A stretch of DNA of 64,000 nt, taken from positions 124,001 through 188,000 of the IMG/VR virus record IMGVR_UViG_3300035182_002586; one strand, given 5' to 3'. The notes beneath the pieces are model-generated. The model did no database searches, had not been told where the DNA came from, and was given only the letters and a program-made list of their open reading frames with translations. Below, one piece after another: positions 44,171 through 52,617 of this stretch. The translations under genes and the position numbers were made by a program. How positions within the stretch are numbered: position 1 is the stretch's first letter; every line of letters begins with the position of its first letter.

Positions 44171-44446
44171 ATGAGTAAGAAGGCGAAGTCCGAGTCGAAG
44201 GCTCTCCGTCGGTCGAAGAAGCGCGCTCGCAAGGCAGCGCAGAAGGCCCTCTACGAAAGCCGGAAGCTCTCCGGGCAGAACACCAAGAGCAAGCGCGCGA
44301 GGAAGCAGGTACAGCGCAAGACCGTCAGGAGCATGCGCCACCGCCTGGGTCCGTGTGGAAACATCGGCTGTAAGAAGTGCAACCCCATCGAGGCCAATCT
44401 TCTCACGCCGATGCAGCTCGCTCAGAAGTCGATGCTGCTGCACTGA
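44171..44446 (+). CDS. highly basic small protein with CGNIGCKKC
   Basis: K/R-rich ORF. Confidence 0.6.
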   Translation: MSKKAKSESKALRRSKKRARKAAQKALYESRKLSGQNTKSKRARKQVQRKTVRSMRHRLGPCGNIGCKKCNPIEANLLTPMQLAQKSMLLH

Positions 44447-44491
44447 TACGGAGGGAGGGCGCCTTGTTGGGCGCTCTCCCTTAAGATCCCC

Positions 44492-44791
44492 TTGTCGGCT
44501 CGCTTCGGTATGGTGGTGTGCCGTACGAGCGAGCCGACAGCGGAGGTCTGCTACTACGTGGCGCCGATGCGAGACCCCGTGCTCGTGAACATCGAGGCGC
44601 TGCTTCGCGTCCCGCCACCTCCCTACATGAAGGCGTGGTCGTGGGCGGACTACATGCATGTGGGCGTGGGCAAGCCGTTCTGGCTCACCAGAACCAAGCT
44701 CACGGTCCGCGTGGGGCTCACGCCCCGCTTCGTGCTGATCTTCGCCCCCGAGGAGAACGGTGGGGGCGCAGCGATCAAGATCCGGTTCTGA
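44492..44791 (+). CDS. hypothetical protein
   Basis: ORF; start uncertain. Confidence 0.5.
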   Translation: MSARFGMVVCRTSEPTAEVCYYVAPMRDPVLVNIEALLRVPPPPYMKAWSWADYMHVGVGKPFWLTRTKLTVRVGLTPRFVLIFAPEENGGGAAIKIRF

Positions 44792-44796
44792 TTCTT

Positions 44797-44873
44797 GCCC
44801 CCGTAGCCTAGTGGATCAGGCGGCGGCCTTCTAAGCCGCGTCAACGCAGGTTCGAGTCCTGCCGGGGGTGCCA
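44797..44873 (+). tRNA. tRNA-Arg(TCT)
   Basis: cttctaa loop, GCCA. Confidence 0.92.
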
Positions 44874-44897
44874 CTCCACGGTGTAGTTGCGCGCGCG

Positions 44898-45236
44898 ATG
44901 ATCAAGCGCCTCCACGCCGCTTCCGCAAGGTCCTACGCGGAAGCCCTCACAGACCACGAGCACCAGGCGTGGGTTGCTGCGGACATTGTGGTGGAGCGGG
45001 CTTACGGCTTCGTCTGCCTCGTCTGCGAGCTACACGTCACGATCCCTCGGAACGTGATCCTCGATACGCGGAACAACGCGTTCGCCAGGATCCTCTACGA
45101 CAGGTATCGGACCATGGCGAGTCGAGAGGGGTTGCTCGGTTGCCTCCGTGCAGCAGTAGAAGCCACTCGACCGCCCCCAGATGTGCCCCCTTCGAGAGAC
45201 CTGTACTCCAGACTACTCGACGACGATGCGCTCTAG
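44898..45236 (+). CDS. hypothetical protein
   Basis: GGTGTA upstream. Confidence 0.6.
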   Translation: MIKRLHAASARSYAEALTDHEHQAWVAADIVVERAYGFVCLVCELHVTIPRNVILDTRNNAFARILYDRYRTMASREGLLGCLRAAVEATRPPPDVPPSRDLYSRLLDDDAL

Positions 45237-45427
45237 TGGGGCTCCTCTTCGGTGATGTCTTCGGGTAGCACATCCTCGAAGAAGAGGGCCAGGTTCTCGA
45301 TGACCCGCCGTCGCGCTTCTTCTCGTGTTGGACCCTCCGCGTGGCAGCCGGGGACCGCGTAGATGCTCGCCAGAACGCCTGCGTCTTCACCAGGTCGATA
45401 GGAGATGCGGAACTTGCGGTCGCCCAT
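45233..45427 (-). CDS. HicB-like antitoxin (solo)
   Basis: VPGCHAEGPTREEARRRVIENLALF. Confidence 0.75.
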   Translation of the reverse strand: MGDRKFRISYRPGEDAGVLASIYAVPGCHAEGPTREEARRRVIENLALFFEDVLPEDITEEEPH

Positions 45428-45489
45428 GGCGAGGACCCTCCGTTCAACCGCACTACGGAGATAAGAGGATCGTCTCGCAACAGCTCAGC

Positions 45490-46401
45490 TCAGTCGTGTA
45501 CGCAGCGGAGCTGCATCACCTTGTCCGTCGATTCGACCCACTCTCCCACGGAGACATCAATCGCGACTCCGAGCCCGGCGGGCGTGTGGTCGCTCGTCCA
45601 GTATTGAGTGCTCGCGGTCGCGTACGTAGTCGGGAGCTTGAGAACCGCATCGGCATCCGGCGCGTAGCACGAGGTCTGCTTGTAGCTGGTCCCCCACGGC
45701 CCCGGCCCCGCGACTTGCGCGACGATCGCCGACCACTCGGCCTTCGTAGGTACACGCCACCCACCCGTCCCGTACTTCCCCGAGCAAGCACTCGCCGCGT
45801 TCGCTTGCGTGGACCCGTAGGTCGAGAGGTACTTGAAGTCACTGTTCGCCCACGTGATGCCGGTCTTCGTGTCCTTGACAGCGAACCCGTCCGGCGACTT
45901 GGTGTCCGTCACGCTCATGAAGCGGCCCGACGCCGTACACGAGCACGTCGCCTTCGCCGTACCACCGTCCGGCGTCGTATCGAGGCAAGCGTAGTTGCAA
46001 ACGCCCCCCTTGGTCACCCACGAGGTGGTCCCCGTCGTGCTGTCTCCAACGCACTGCTCCAACTGCGTGCCCGTACAGCGACTCGCCCCGGGCGTGCAGG
46101 CGACGGAGCCCGCGTCTCCCGTGCCGGTGTCGACCGTGCCCGTATCGGTCCCGGTGTCGACCGTCCCCGTATCGGTCCCGGTGTCGACCGTGCCCGTATC
46201 GGTCCCGGTGTCGACCGTCCCCGTATCGGTCCCGGTGTCGACCGTGCCCGTGTCCCCCACCTCGGTGGTGCCCGTGTCGACCGCCCCCGACTCCTGACTG
46301 TCGGCGTCGCTCACAGGGTCCGCGAGGTTGAAGTCCGCACTGGAGCAACCCAGGGCGGTCAAAGTCAGCACACACAGGATGTAGGTCAACTGCTTGGGCA
46401 T
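45490..46401 (-). CDS. lipoprotein with DTGT repeats and a C-terminal DUF1566-like domain
   Basis: Lipobox ALGC; VKDTKTGITW...WRVPTKAEW...YWTS...LRCV. Confidence 0.8.
   Translation of the reverse strand: MPKQLTYILCVLTLTALGCSSADFNLADPVSDADSQESGAVDTGTTEVGDTGTVDTGTDTGTVDTGTDTGTVDTGTDTGTVDTGTDTGTVDTGTGDAGSVACTPGASRCTGTQLEQCVGDSTTGTTSWVTKGGVCNYACLDTTPDGGTAKATCSCTASGRFMSVTDTKSPDGFAVKDTKTGITWANSDFKYLSTYGSTQANAASACSGKYGTGGWRVPTKAEWSAIVAQVAGPGPWGTSYKQTSCYAPDADAVLKLPTTYATASTQYWTSDHTPAGLGVAIDVSVGEWVESTDKVMQLRCVHD
46124..46251. repeat. 30-bp tandem coding repeat (DTGTVDTGT)
   Basis: About four copies of ccggtgtcgaccgtNcccgtatcggt. Confidence 0.9.
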
Positions 46402-46570
46402 GGGGGTCTCCTCATGCCTTCTACAATCGTGCCAAGACGCTGATCCATCGGGCATTCCTTGTCTGAGGGTCTAATTCCAGTTCATCCCGGCGCAAGGACT
46501 CGTTCTCACTAGGTTTTTGACCGAGAGGGCCCCCCAACTTCGCGGATCCTTCTTTCAGCCGTCGAGAGGC

Positions 46571-46843
46571 ATGAGCGCCGATCGCGTTGCCGCCCGCTTC
46601 CGCACCGCCAAGTTCGATGCCGTCACCTACAAGGCGGGCGAGGCTGAGGAGTTCCTCCGCAAGGCGTACCTCGCACTGCACTCGTTCAAGTTCGGCCTCG
46701 ACGAGATGGAGGAGATCCCCTCCCACCTCAAGCCGATCTACGACCAGATGATGAAGGTGCTCGGCCACATGCACCCGGTGCAGCAAGAGGCCCACCAGCT
46801 CACGCAGATGACCTCGAAGATGCTTCGGAACATGGGTCGCTGA
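46571..46843 (+). CDS. small helical protein with N-terminal RVAARF motif
   Basis: MSADRVAARFRTAK. Confidence 0.72.
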   Translation: MSADRVAARFRTAKFDAVTYKAGEAEEFLRKAYLALHSFKFGLDEMEEIPSHLKPIYDQMMKVLGHMHPVQQEAHQLTQMTSKMLRNMGR

Positions 46844-46866
46844 TCCGGCTCCGGGTGTAGAAGTGC

Positions 46867-47607
46867 GTGGTGACCCACGCACGCAGGGCCTATCTCCAGA
46901 AGCGGGACGACGGCGAGTTCATCACCGAGAGCACATACGCAGCGTGGGACGGCTTCCGTCTCATGGGGCTCGAAACGATCCCCTTCGTGAGGATGGAGGA
47001 GCTGGACACCCTAGGTCTTGCCCCGGACACGATCGTCCAGGGGTGGATAGGGTCGGTTCGCTACGCCCTCTCCCGCCTCGGGGTCCCGGACCCGCATGTG
47101 CCAACCATGCCGGACGAGATCCTGCCCTTCGCGGGCCGGAGGATCTGGACGACGACCCTCGGAGAGTTCCGGGCCGGTGACCGGAAGGCGTTCATCAAAC
47201 CGCTCACGAAGCACAAGCTCTTCACGGGGCACGTGTCGAGCGGTGACCTGAACGACCTCATCCAGACTGCTAACTTCGAGGACGACGTGGTGCTCCTGGC
47301 TTCCGATCCGGTCGATTTCGTCGTCGAGTACCGGACGTTCTGGAGCCGTCGCAAGTGTGTGGGTTCCCGGTTCTACCGGGGAGACTGGCGCAAGAGCATC
47401 GACTACGAGATCGTCGAGCGGGTCGGTGCGGCGTTCACTTCGGCTCCCGTCTCGTGCTCGATCGACTTCGGGCTCACCTCCGACGGCCGGACCTTGCCTG
47501 TGGAGGTCAACGACTTCTTCGCCCTCGGAAGCTACGGCTTCTCGCATGTCCCCTACGCGCAGATGATCGAGGACCGTTGGCTGGAAATGGTCGGGGCTTC
47601 GGTGTAG
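46867..47607 (+). CDS. ATP-grasp domain protein (DUF4343-like)
   Basis: FIKP...KLFTG, EYR, IDFG.....T..VEVND. Confidence 0.8.
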   Translation: MVTHARRAYLQKRDDGEFITESTYAAWDGFRLMGLETIPFVRMEELDTLGLAPDTIVQGWIGSVRYALSRLGVPDPHVPTMPDEILPFAGRRIWTTTLGEFRAGDRKAFIKPLTKHKLFTGHVSSGDLNDLIQTANFEDDVVLLASDPVDFVVEYRTFWSRRKCVGSRFYRGDWRKSIDYEIVERVGAAFTSAPVSCSIDFGLTSDGRTLPVEVNDFFALGSYGFSHVPYAQMIEDRWLEMVGASV

Positions 47608-47615
47608 GAGGGGTT

Positions 47616-47882
47616 GTGACCGACAAGGAAAAACTGGACCGGGCCGAGGCGGCAGCCGCTCATGCAGCCATCGAGGCGTTCACGACCACCTTCGCCAAGG
47701 CTCTGGAAGTACAGGGGGTTGAGAACCCTCTGTCGCTGATGGCGGGAACCACGCACGTGCACCACAGCCTCGCTCTGGAGGCCGGGGACCACATTGTCGT
47801 GCAGTTCGTCGTGCGGTTCACCAAGGACCCGGATCTCGTCGAGAAGATCCTCGCCACCACGCGTAAAGCGGGTACTGCGTAG
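47616..47882 (+). CDS. hypothetical protein
   Basis: GGTGTA/ggagg upstream of a GTG start. Confidence 0.6.
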   Translation: MTDKEKLDRAEAAAAHAAIEAFTTTFAKALEVQGVENPLSLMAGTTHVHHSLALEAGDHIVVQFVVRFTKDPDLVEKILATTRKAGTA

Positions 47883-47910
47883 CGCCCACAGGTGTAGTAG
47901 ACGGAGCCCC

Positions 47911-48903
47911 ATGAAGCTCCGTGTTCTCCTGTGTCTGGCTCTTGTTGGGTGTTCGACTCCCTCGGCACCGGCTGCCTCCGTGGACGCCTCCGCTGGAGAG
48001 GCCGGCTTCGACGCGACTCCAGCGGACACAGGCCAAGACACTGCGAAAGCGGAGGTCGCCCCACCCCCCGAGGACTTCTCCAAGGTGTTGGGGTGGTTCG
48101 AGTCTGTCTACGGGGCGGGGGGCAACAGAGCCAAGAACGTGGAGCGAGCTGCGACCCTCCTCGACGGGACCCATATCGGTCCCGGAGAGACGTTCTCGTT
48201 CAACGCCACCGTGGGCCCGAGGACGACCGCGCGAGGGTTCTTCGTCGCCCCTGTCATCCAAGACGGTGAGATGGTTGAGGGCCTCGGTGGGGGCGTCTGC
48301 CAGGCAAGCTCGACGACCCATGCGGCTGCGTTGATGGCCGGACTCGACATCGTGGCCAGGACCCCGCACTCACGCCCTTCGGCGTATATGCCTCTCGGCC
48401 TTGATGCGACGGTGAACTTCCCACCGGAGTGTGGCGGGGATCCCAACAGCACCGCAAAGGGGTGCTACGCCCTCGATCTTCGCGTCAAGAACAGCTCAGA
48501 CAAGGCGGTGGTGATTCACACCACCACGACAGTGGACCCCAAGATCAAGTCACGAGCGACCTTGCGCGTCGAGATCCTCGGCAGCGTCGAGGTCGCCCGA
48601 CCGACGTATACGTACGGCGCTCAGACGAACGGCTCGTACGAGCGACGCTTCAAGAAGGTCGACGGCAAGCCTGAGGGGTACCACAAGCGATCGCAGAAGG
48701 GCTCGGACGGCCTCACGGTCTTCTCCACTCTCACCTCACCTGCGTCTGACGGGGGTGTGGCAGCAGTTCGACGGTACTCCTCGAAGTACCCGCCGACGGA
48801 TGAAGTGTGGGAGGTGTCGAACGACTGGCCTGAGGACACGCTCCCGTGGGAAGCGGCGCAGGACGCAGGCGTGGATGCGGCGACGGACGCCGCGCACGAC
48901 TAG
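47911..48903 (+). CDS. VanW family lipoprotein
   Basis: PGETFSFNATVGPRT, GLGGGVCQASST, HS.PSAYMPLGLDATV. Confidence 0.9.
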   Translation: MKLRVLLCLALVGCSTPSAPAASVDASAGEAGFDATPADTGQDTAKAEVAPPPEDFSKVLGWFESVYGAGGNRAKNVERAATLLDGTHIGPGETFSFNATVGPRTTARGFFVAPVIQDGEMVEGLGGGVCQASSTTHAAALMAGLDIVARTPHSRPSAYMPLGLDATVNFPPECGGDPNSTAKGCYALDLRVKNSSDKAVVIHTTTTVDPKIKSRATLRVEILGSVEVARPTYTYGAQTNGSYERRFKKVDGKPEGYHKRSQKGSDGLTVFSTLTSPASDGGVAAVRRYSSKYPPTDEVWEVSNDWPEDTLPWEAAQDAGVDAATDAAHD

Positions 48904-49184
48904 ACGACGGGCTTGAAGTCGGCCATCCAGCGCGTGATGTTCTCGCGTTGGAACTCGAACTCCGGAACCCACAGCGTCTTCCGGGCGACCTCCAAGAGCG
49001 ACGGCTCCGTGTCCGCCACGTGTTGCAGGAAGCCCCCGAAGAAGCACGCGATGAGCATTGCTGGGGGTAGGTTGAGCTTGACGTCTTCGCCGAGACACTC
49101 GCGACGCAGAAGAGCTTCGGCGAGTGCACGCCCAGCATCGGGCGGTGAAGTGTTCGTGTTGACGAACCGACTAGCTACGTGCAT
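48900..49184 (-). CDS. small STAS-like protein
   Basis: GGTGTA upstream; fold assignment tentative. Confidence 0.5.
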   Translation of the reverse strand: MHVASRFVNTNTSPPDAGRALAEALLRRECLGEDVKLNLPPAMLIACFFGGFLQHVADTEPSLLEVARKTLWVPEFEFQRENITRWMADFKPVV

Positions 49185-49244
49185 GTGTGCAGAGTACACC
49201 GCACACGCGAATCCCAATCGACTTCTTGTAAGACCCTAAGGTTG

Positions 49245-49487
49245 ATGGGAACTCGACCCCTTCGGTCCACCAAGCAACCCCACCGTCCCGCCGCGAAGCA
49301 GCCTCCCGAGGAGAGGGAGCCGAAGAAGCCGAAGAAGCAGCTCGAAGAAGTGTGCAAGGAGATGCGGAACACTCTTTGGGAGGAGCGCAGGAAGCGCGAG
49401 GCCAAAGAGGAGGAAGCCCGCCAACGCGTGCTGGAAGATGCGGTGATGGAGCAGATCTACGGACCGACCTGGCGTAGCACCGGCTGA
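49245..49487 (+). CDS. hypothetical protein
   Basis: Charged ORF. Confidence 0.5.
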   Translation: MGTRPLRSTKQPHRPAAKQPPEEREPKKPKKQLEEVCKEMRNTLWEERRKREAKEEEARQRVLEDAVMEQIYGPTWRSTG

Positions 49488-49508
49488 TCACGGTGTGCGT
49501 ACCGGGGC

Positions 49509-49886
49509 ATGACCCCGAGCGAAGCGAAGGTAGTCTGTGACCGAGCGCTCACGATCGTGAGCGCTCTCACCCCTCCTGTCTCTTCAGAGCGCGAGGCACT
49601 ACGCCAGCTCTTCCGAGAGGCGCGTGAGACTGCCAAGAGCGAGAACGTACCCATGTACCGATGGGCGTTCGGGCTCCTCTACGACTCGCTCACGTGGACA
49701 ACGACGCCGCTCGATGCTCGGGCCCTTGATGGCCTTACGGCGGCGCTCACCCTCATCGGGTCGGAGACGTACAACAACTACTTGGCGGGGGTCACCGAGA
49801 TCCTCCGCAAGCACGAGATGGAGACCATGCACCGGGCCCTCGCGGATGCCATCCTGGCAACCGCAGAGGAAGTGCAGGACGACTAG
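49509..49886 (+). CDS. hypothetical protein
   Basis: ORF; codon bias. Confidence 0.65.
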   Translation: MTPSEAKVVCDRALTIVSALTPPVSSEREALRQLFREARETAKSENVPMYRWAFGLLYDSLTWTTTPLDARALDGLTAALTLIGSETYNNYLAGVTEILRKHEMETMHRALADAILATAEEVQDD

Positions 49887-49933
49887 GAGGGTGGGATGGC
49901 GAAGTTGAGCATACGCGCGGGACGCAACATCTC

Positions 49934-50005
49934 CCGCGCGTGGGGCTGGTAGGCCCCAGGAATTCTTATCAATTTCCGGACCGGGTTCGATTCCTGGCGC
50001 GCGGA
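49934..50005 (+). tRNA. tRNA-Ile(TAT)-like
   Basis: ccgcgcg/cgcgcgg acceptor, D and T arms, weak anticodon stem with cttatca loop. Confidence 0.6.
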
Positions 50006-50006
50006 C

Positions 50007-50336
50007 TCAAGGGAGGCGGTGGATCGGGTAGGGGTCCCCCCGACGCGGGTGTGGATCCGCGAGCAATGGGTAGATCTCTTCGTCGGGGTACAAACTGCTC
50101 ACCCTATCCGTCCTCTTGACGGGCGGCTCGTCCTCCGGTGAGGGTGCCAGCGCCGCGTGCAGAACCATCTCGATGCCGTAGGCGAGCAAGCTCAGGATGA
50201 CGGCGTAGAGGGTGACTTTCCACAGGGTCCCCCAGAGCGGGAATCGGCCCTGCCTCTTGTGCCACGTCACTCTGAGGAGAGGGATCGTCAGCAAGAGGGT
50301 GGCACCAACCTGGGAGAGGAGCCCTAGGAACTGCAT
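50007..50336 (-). CDS. small membrane protein
   Basis: Two hydrophobic segments. Confidence 0.55.
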   Translation of the reverse strand: MQFLGLLSQVGATLLLTIPLLRVTWHKRQGRFPLWGTLWKVTLYAVILSLLAYGIEMVLHAALAPSPEDEPPVKRTDRVSSLYPDEEIYPLLADPHPRRGDPYPIHRLP

Positions 50337-50437
50337 AGGCTCACCCTAAGGTGACTCACAAGGGCTTTGACGTGTAAGGGTTGGTTGTACAGCCCACCCT
50401 CATGTATTCGAGGTTCTTCCTTTCAGGGGTCGTAGCC

Positions 50438-51013
50438 GTGATCAAGCGCCTCTGCGTTTTCGACTTCGATGGGACTCTGTTCCGCAGCCCCGAACGCCCC
50501 TCTTGGTGGCCCCACGCTGGTTGGTGGACACACCCCGGGTCGTTGAACCCGCCCTGCGTGCCCGAGACCCCCGGAGACGACTGGTGGGTTGCTCCCACGC
50601 TCCAGGCGGCGCAGCAGGCTCTCGCGGACGATGAGACGTACACGGTCATGCTGACCGGCCGCCTTGGGGAGCGGTTCGACGGCCGCGTGCGGGCCCTGGT
50701 GAAGCAGACCGGGCTGGAGTTCGACGAGTTCCACCTCTGCGACTCCGACGACTCCATCGCGTGGAAGACCGGGCAGCTCCGCGCCCTCCTCAAGGCCCAT
50801 CCGGACGTCGAGGTTGTCGAGGTGTGGGAAGACCGCACCGAGCAGCTCCGCACGTTCCGTGCGGTCGTGGGGGAGGCCGGGCTGGAGTTCCGCCCCCATC
50901 AGGTGGATGTCGAGCCTCACGCCCTGGTCTGCAAGGGCGATGAGGACGGCAGGCCGGCTGAGAAGTCTGCGGCTGAACGCGTCCTCGAACGGTTCCTTGC
51001 GCGCAACGGGTAA
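50438..51013 (+). CDS. HAD phosphatase, Swiss-Army-Knife RNA-repair-like
   Basis: VFDFDGTLFRSP, WW...SL, VMLTGR, K, WEDR. Confidence 0.82.
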   Translation: MIKRLCVFDFDGTLFRSPERPSWWPHAGWWTHPGSLNPPCVPETPGDDWWVAPTLQAAQQALADDETYTVMLTGRLGERFDGRVRALVKQTGLEFDEFHLCDSDDSIAWKTGQLRALLKAHPDVEVVEVWEDRTEQLRTFRAVVGEAGLEFRPHQVDVEPHALVCKGDEDGRPAEKSAAERVLERFLARNG

Positions 51014-51159
51014 TAACCTGTTGGACGGGGCCTCGGCTCCGGTGTACATTGATCTCGCAGGCGGCGAAAGCCGTCGGCTGGTGGAGGGTGACCCGGGCAA
51101 CCGGTTCGCCCCTTGGGTCCGGTTCCTGTCCCAGTCGCAAGACAAAACGGGAACTTAAT

Positions 51160-51515
51160 GGGAGCGCCCCGGTTTCGACGGGGGAAGGAAGTTTTCGCTA
51201 GCGTGTAGGCCCGCGCTCGTAGGGCCTCAAAAGATTCGAGCCGAAACAAACGCCAACGACAACGGCACCGTCATCACCGCTCTCAAGGCGGCTGCGTGAC
51301 CGATCCCGCCCCAAGGTAGTCCTCGTAGGGGCATATGGGATCGTCAAACACTAGGGCTGGCCAAAGCCTCGGGCTCCCGGGGGTCAGGCGAGACAAGCAG
51401 GGAAGCTAGGTCGCGGCCAAATCTGCGAACCCCGTCGAGGGGGCAAGCTCGAATACGCACGTAGAAAGCGACGACAGAGATCTCTCGGACGCGGGTTCGA
51501 CTCCCGCCGCTTCCA
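51160..51515 (+). ncRNA. ssrA: tmRNA; tag (A)ANDNGTVITALKAAA* at 51252-51299
   Basis: gggagcg/cgcttcc acceptor with G3:U70, GGTTTCGAC, GGAC-GCGGGTTCGACTCCCGC, ANDN...AAA tag. Confidence 0.95.
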
Positions 51516-51521
51516 CCCATC

Positions 51522-51803
51522 ATGAAAGAACCGTCTTGGGATTCCGTCTACCTGCTCGGGTGGGTCGACCACGAGCGTCGGAACTACCTCACCTCCTGGA
51601 ACGGTAACCAGAAGGTCGTCGACTTCGTGATCACCGGGGTGACCCCCGCGAACATGCCCCTGTGGTCTGCTCCGGTCCCCCAAGGCGCGGCCGTGCTTGC
51701 GGTCCCCGAGGGTCGGAAGCCTCACGACTTCGCGTGCGAGGTTGGGGGCTTCCACGCCATCGGGGTGGAGTACGAACCCGGGAGCGTCGTTCGCACCTTG
51801 TGA
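51522..51803 (+). CDS. hypothetical protein
   Basis: ORF immediately after tmRNA. Confidence 0.55.
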   Translation: MKEPSWDSVYLLGWVDHERRNYLTSWNGNQKVVDFVITGVTPANMPLWSAPVPQGAAVLAVPEGRKPHDFACEVGGFHAIGVEYEPGSVVRTL

Positions 51804-51843
51804 CAGATTTGCCGTACCCGGGCTCAGGTGTTAGGGTACGAGG

Positions 51844-52428
51844 ATGGGTGCAGACTCGATTACAGGGTTGGTCGGCGCAAGGTTTGGGCGCTGGATCATA
51901 CAGGGGATCACAGGCAAGAGCCACGGCACGCACTTGTGTGCCTGCCTTTGTGATTGTGGTGCAGTCGCAAACGTGCGCCTCGATGTACTAAGACGTGGGG
52001 CTAGCAAGAGCTGTGGGTGTCTACGGGACGACTTGGCTCGTACTCGAAATGCAGTGCTATTCACGCTTCCTGGTGGTCTAGGGGCAAAGAGGAGGCACTA
52101 TCGATCCTACGTAACTGGTGCGCGAACGCGTGGACTACGCTTCGAGTTGAGTCCTGCGCAATTCTGCGCTCTCGTGGAGAAGCCTTGCTACTACTGCGGT
52201 GTTGTCGGCAGCATGTTGAAAGACTCATCAGGGGGACAGAATGCTGACCTACCTAAGCATGCTGTGAACGGTGTGGATCGCCTTGACCCAAAGGAGGGGT
52301 ACACACCGGAGAACTGCGTCCCTGCTTGTGACAAGTGCAACAGGGCCAAGAATGACTGGACCCTAGAGGAGTTCAAAAAGTGGGTCCGACAGGTTTACCT
52401 GTCACTACACACTGTAGACGAAGGCTGA
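51844..52428 (+). CDS. HNH-type homing endonuclease
   Basis: GARFGRW, CLCDCG, SCGC, CYYCG, GVDRLD...GY...NCVPAC..CN..K. Confidence 0.88.
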   Translation: MGADSITGLVGARFGRWIIQGITGKSHGTHLCACLCDCGAVANVRLDVLRRGASKSCGCLRDDLARTRNAVLFTLPGGLGAKRRHYRSYVTGARTRGLRFELSPAQFCALVEKPCYYCGVVGSMLKDSSGGQNADLPKHAVNGVDRLDPKEGYTPENCVPACDKCNRAKNDWTLEEFKKWVRQVYLSLHTVDEG

Positions 52429-52443
52429 CAGCAAGACGTGTAC

Positions 52444-52526
52444 GCGAGGATGGCGGAATGGCAAACGCCCCGGGTTTAGGTTCCGGCGACCGAAAGGTCT
52501 TGGGGGTTCAAGTCCCCCTCCTCGCA
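52444..52526 (+). tRNA. tRNA-Leu(TAG)
   Basis: Class II tRNA, tttaggt loop. Confidence 0.9.
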
Positions 52527-52617
52527 CCGCGGTAGCACCCCCTCGATGGGCGAGGGCTGCTAACATTCACCCTTGGAAAGACCATGAAGAAGAAGCGAAG
52601 AAGGTAGGGTTACTCCC

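Noticed and set aside
45490-46401. DGR target (DUF1566-like domain)
   Set aside because: No reverse transcriptase or template repeat is visible in the window.
51484-51492. ctcggacgc in tmRNA matching the module strand
   Set aside because: It is explained by the conserved tmRNA GGAC plus T-stem; the partner strand is absent.
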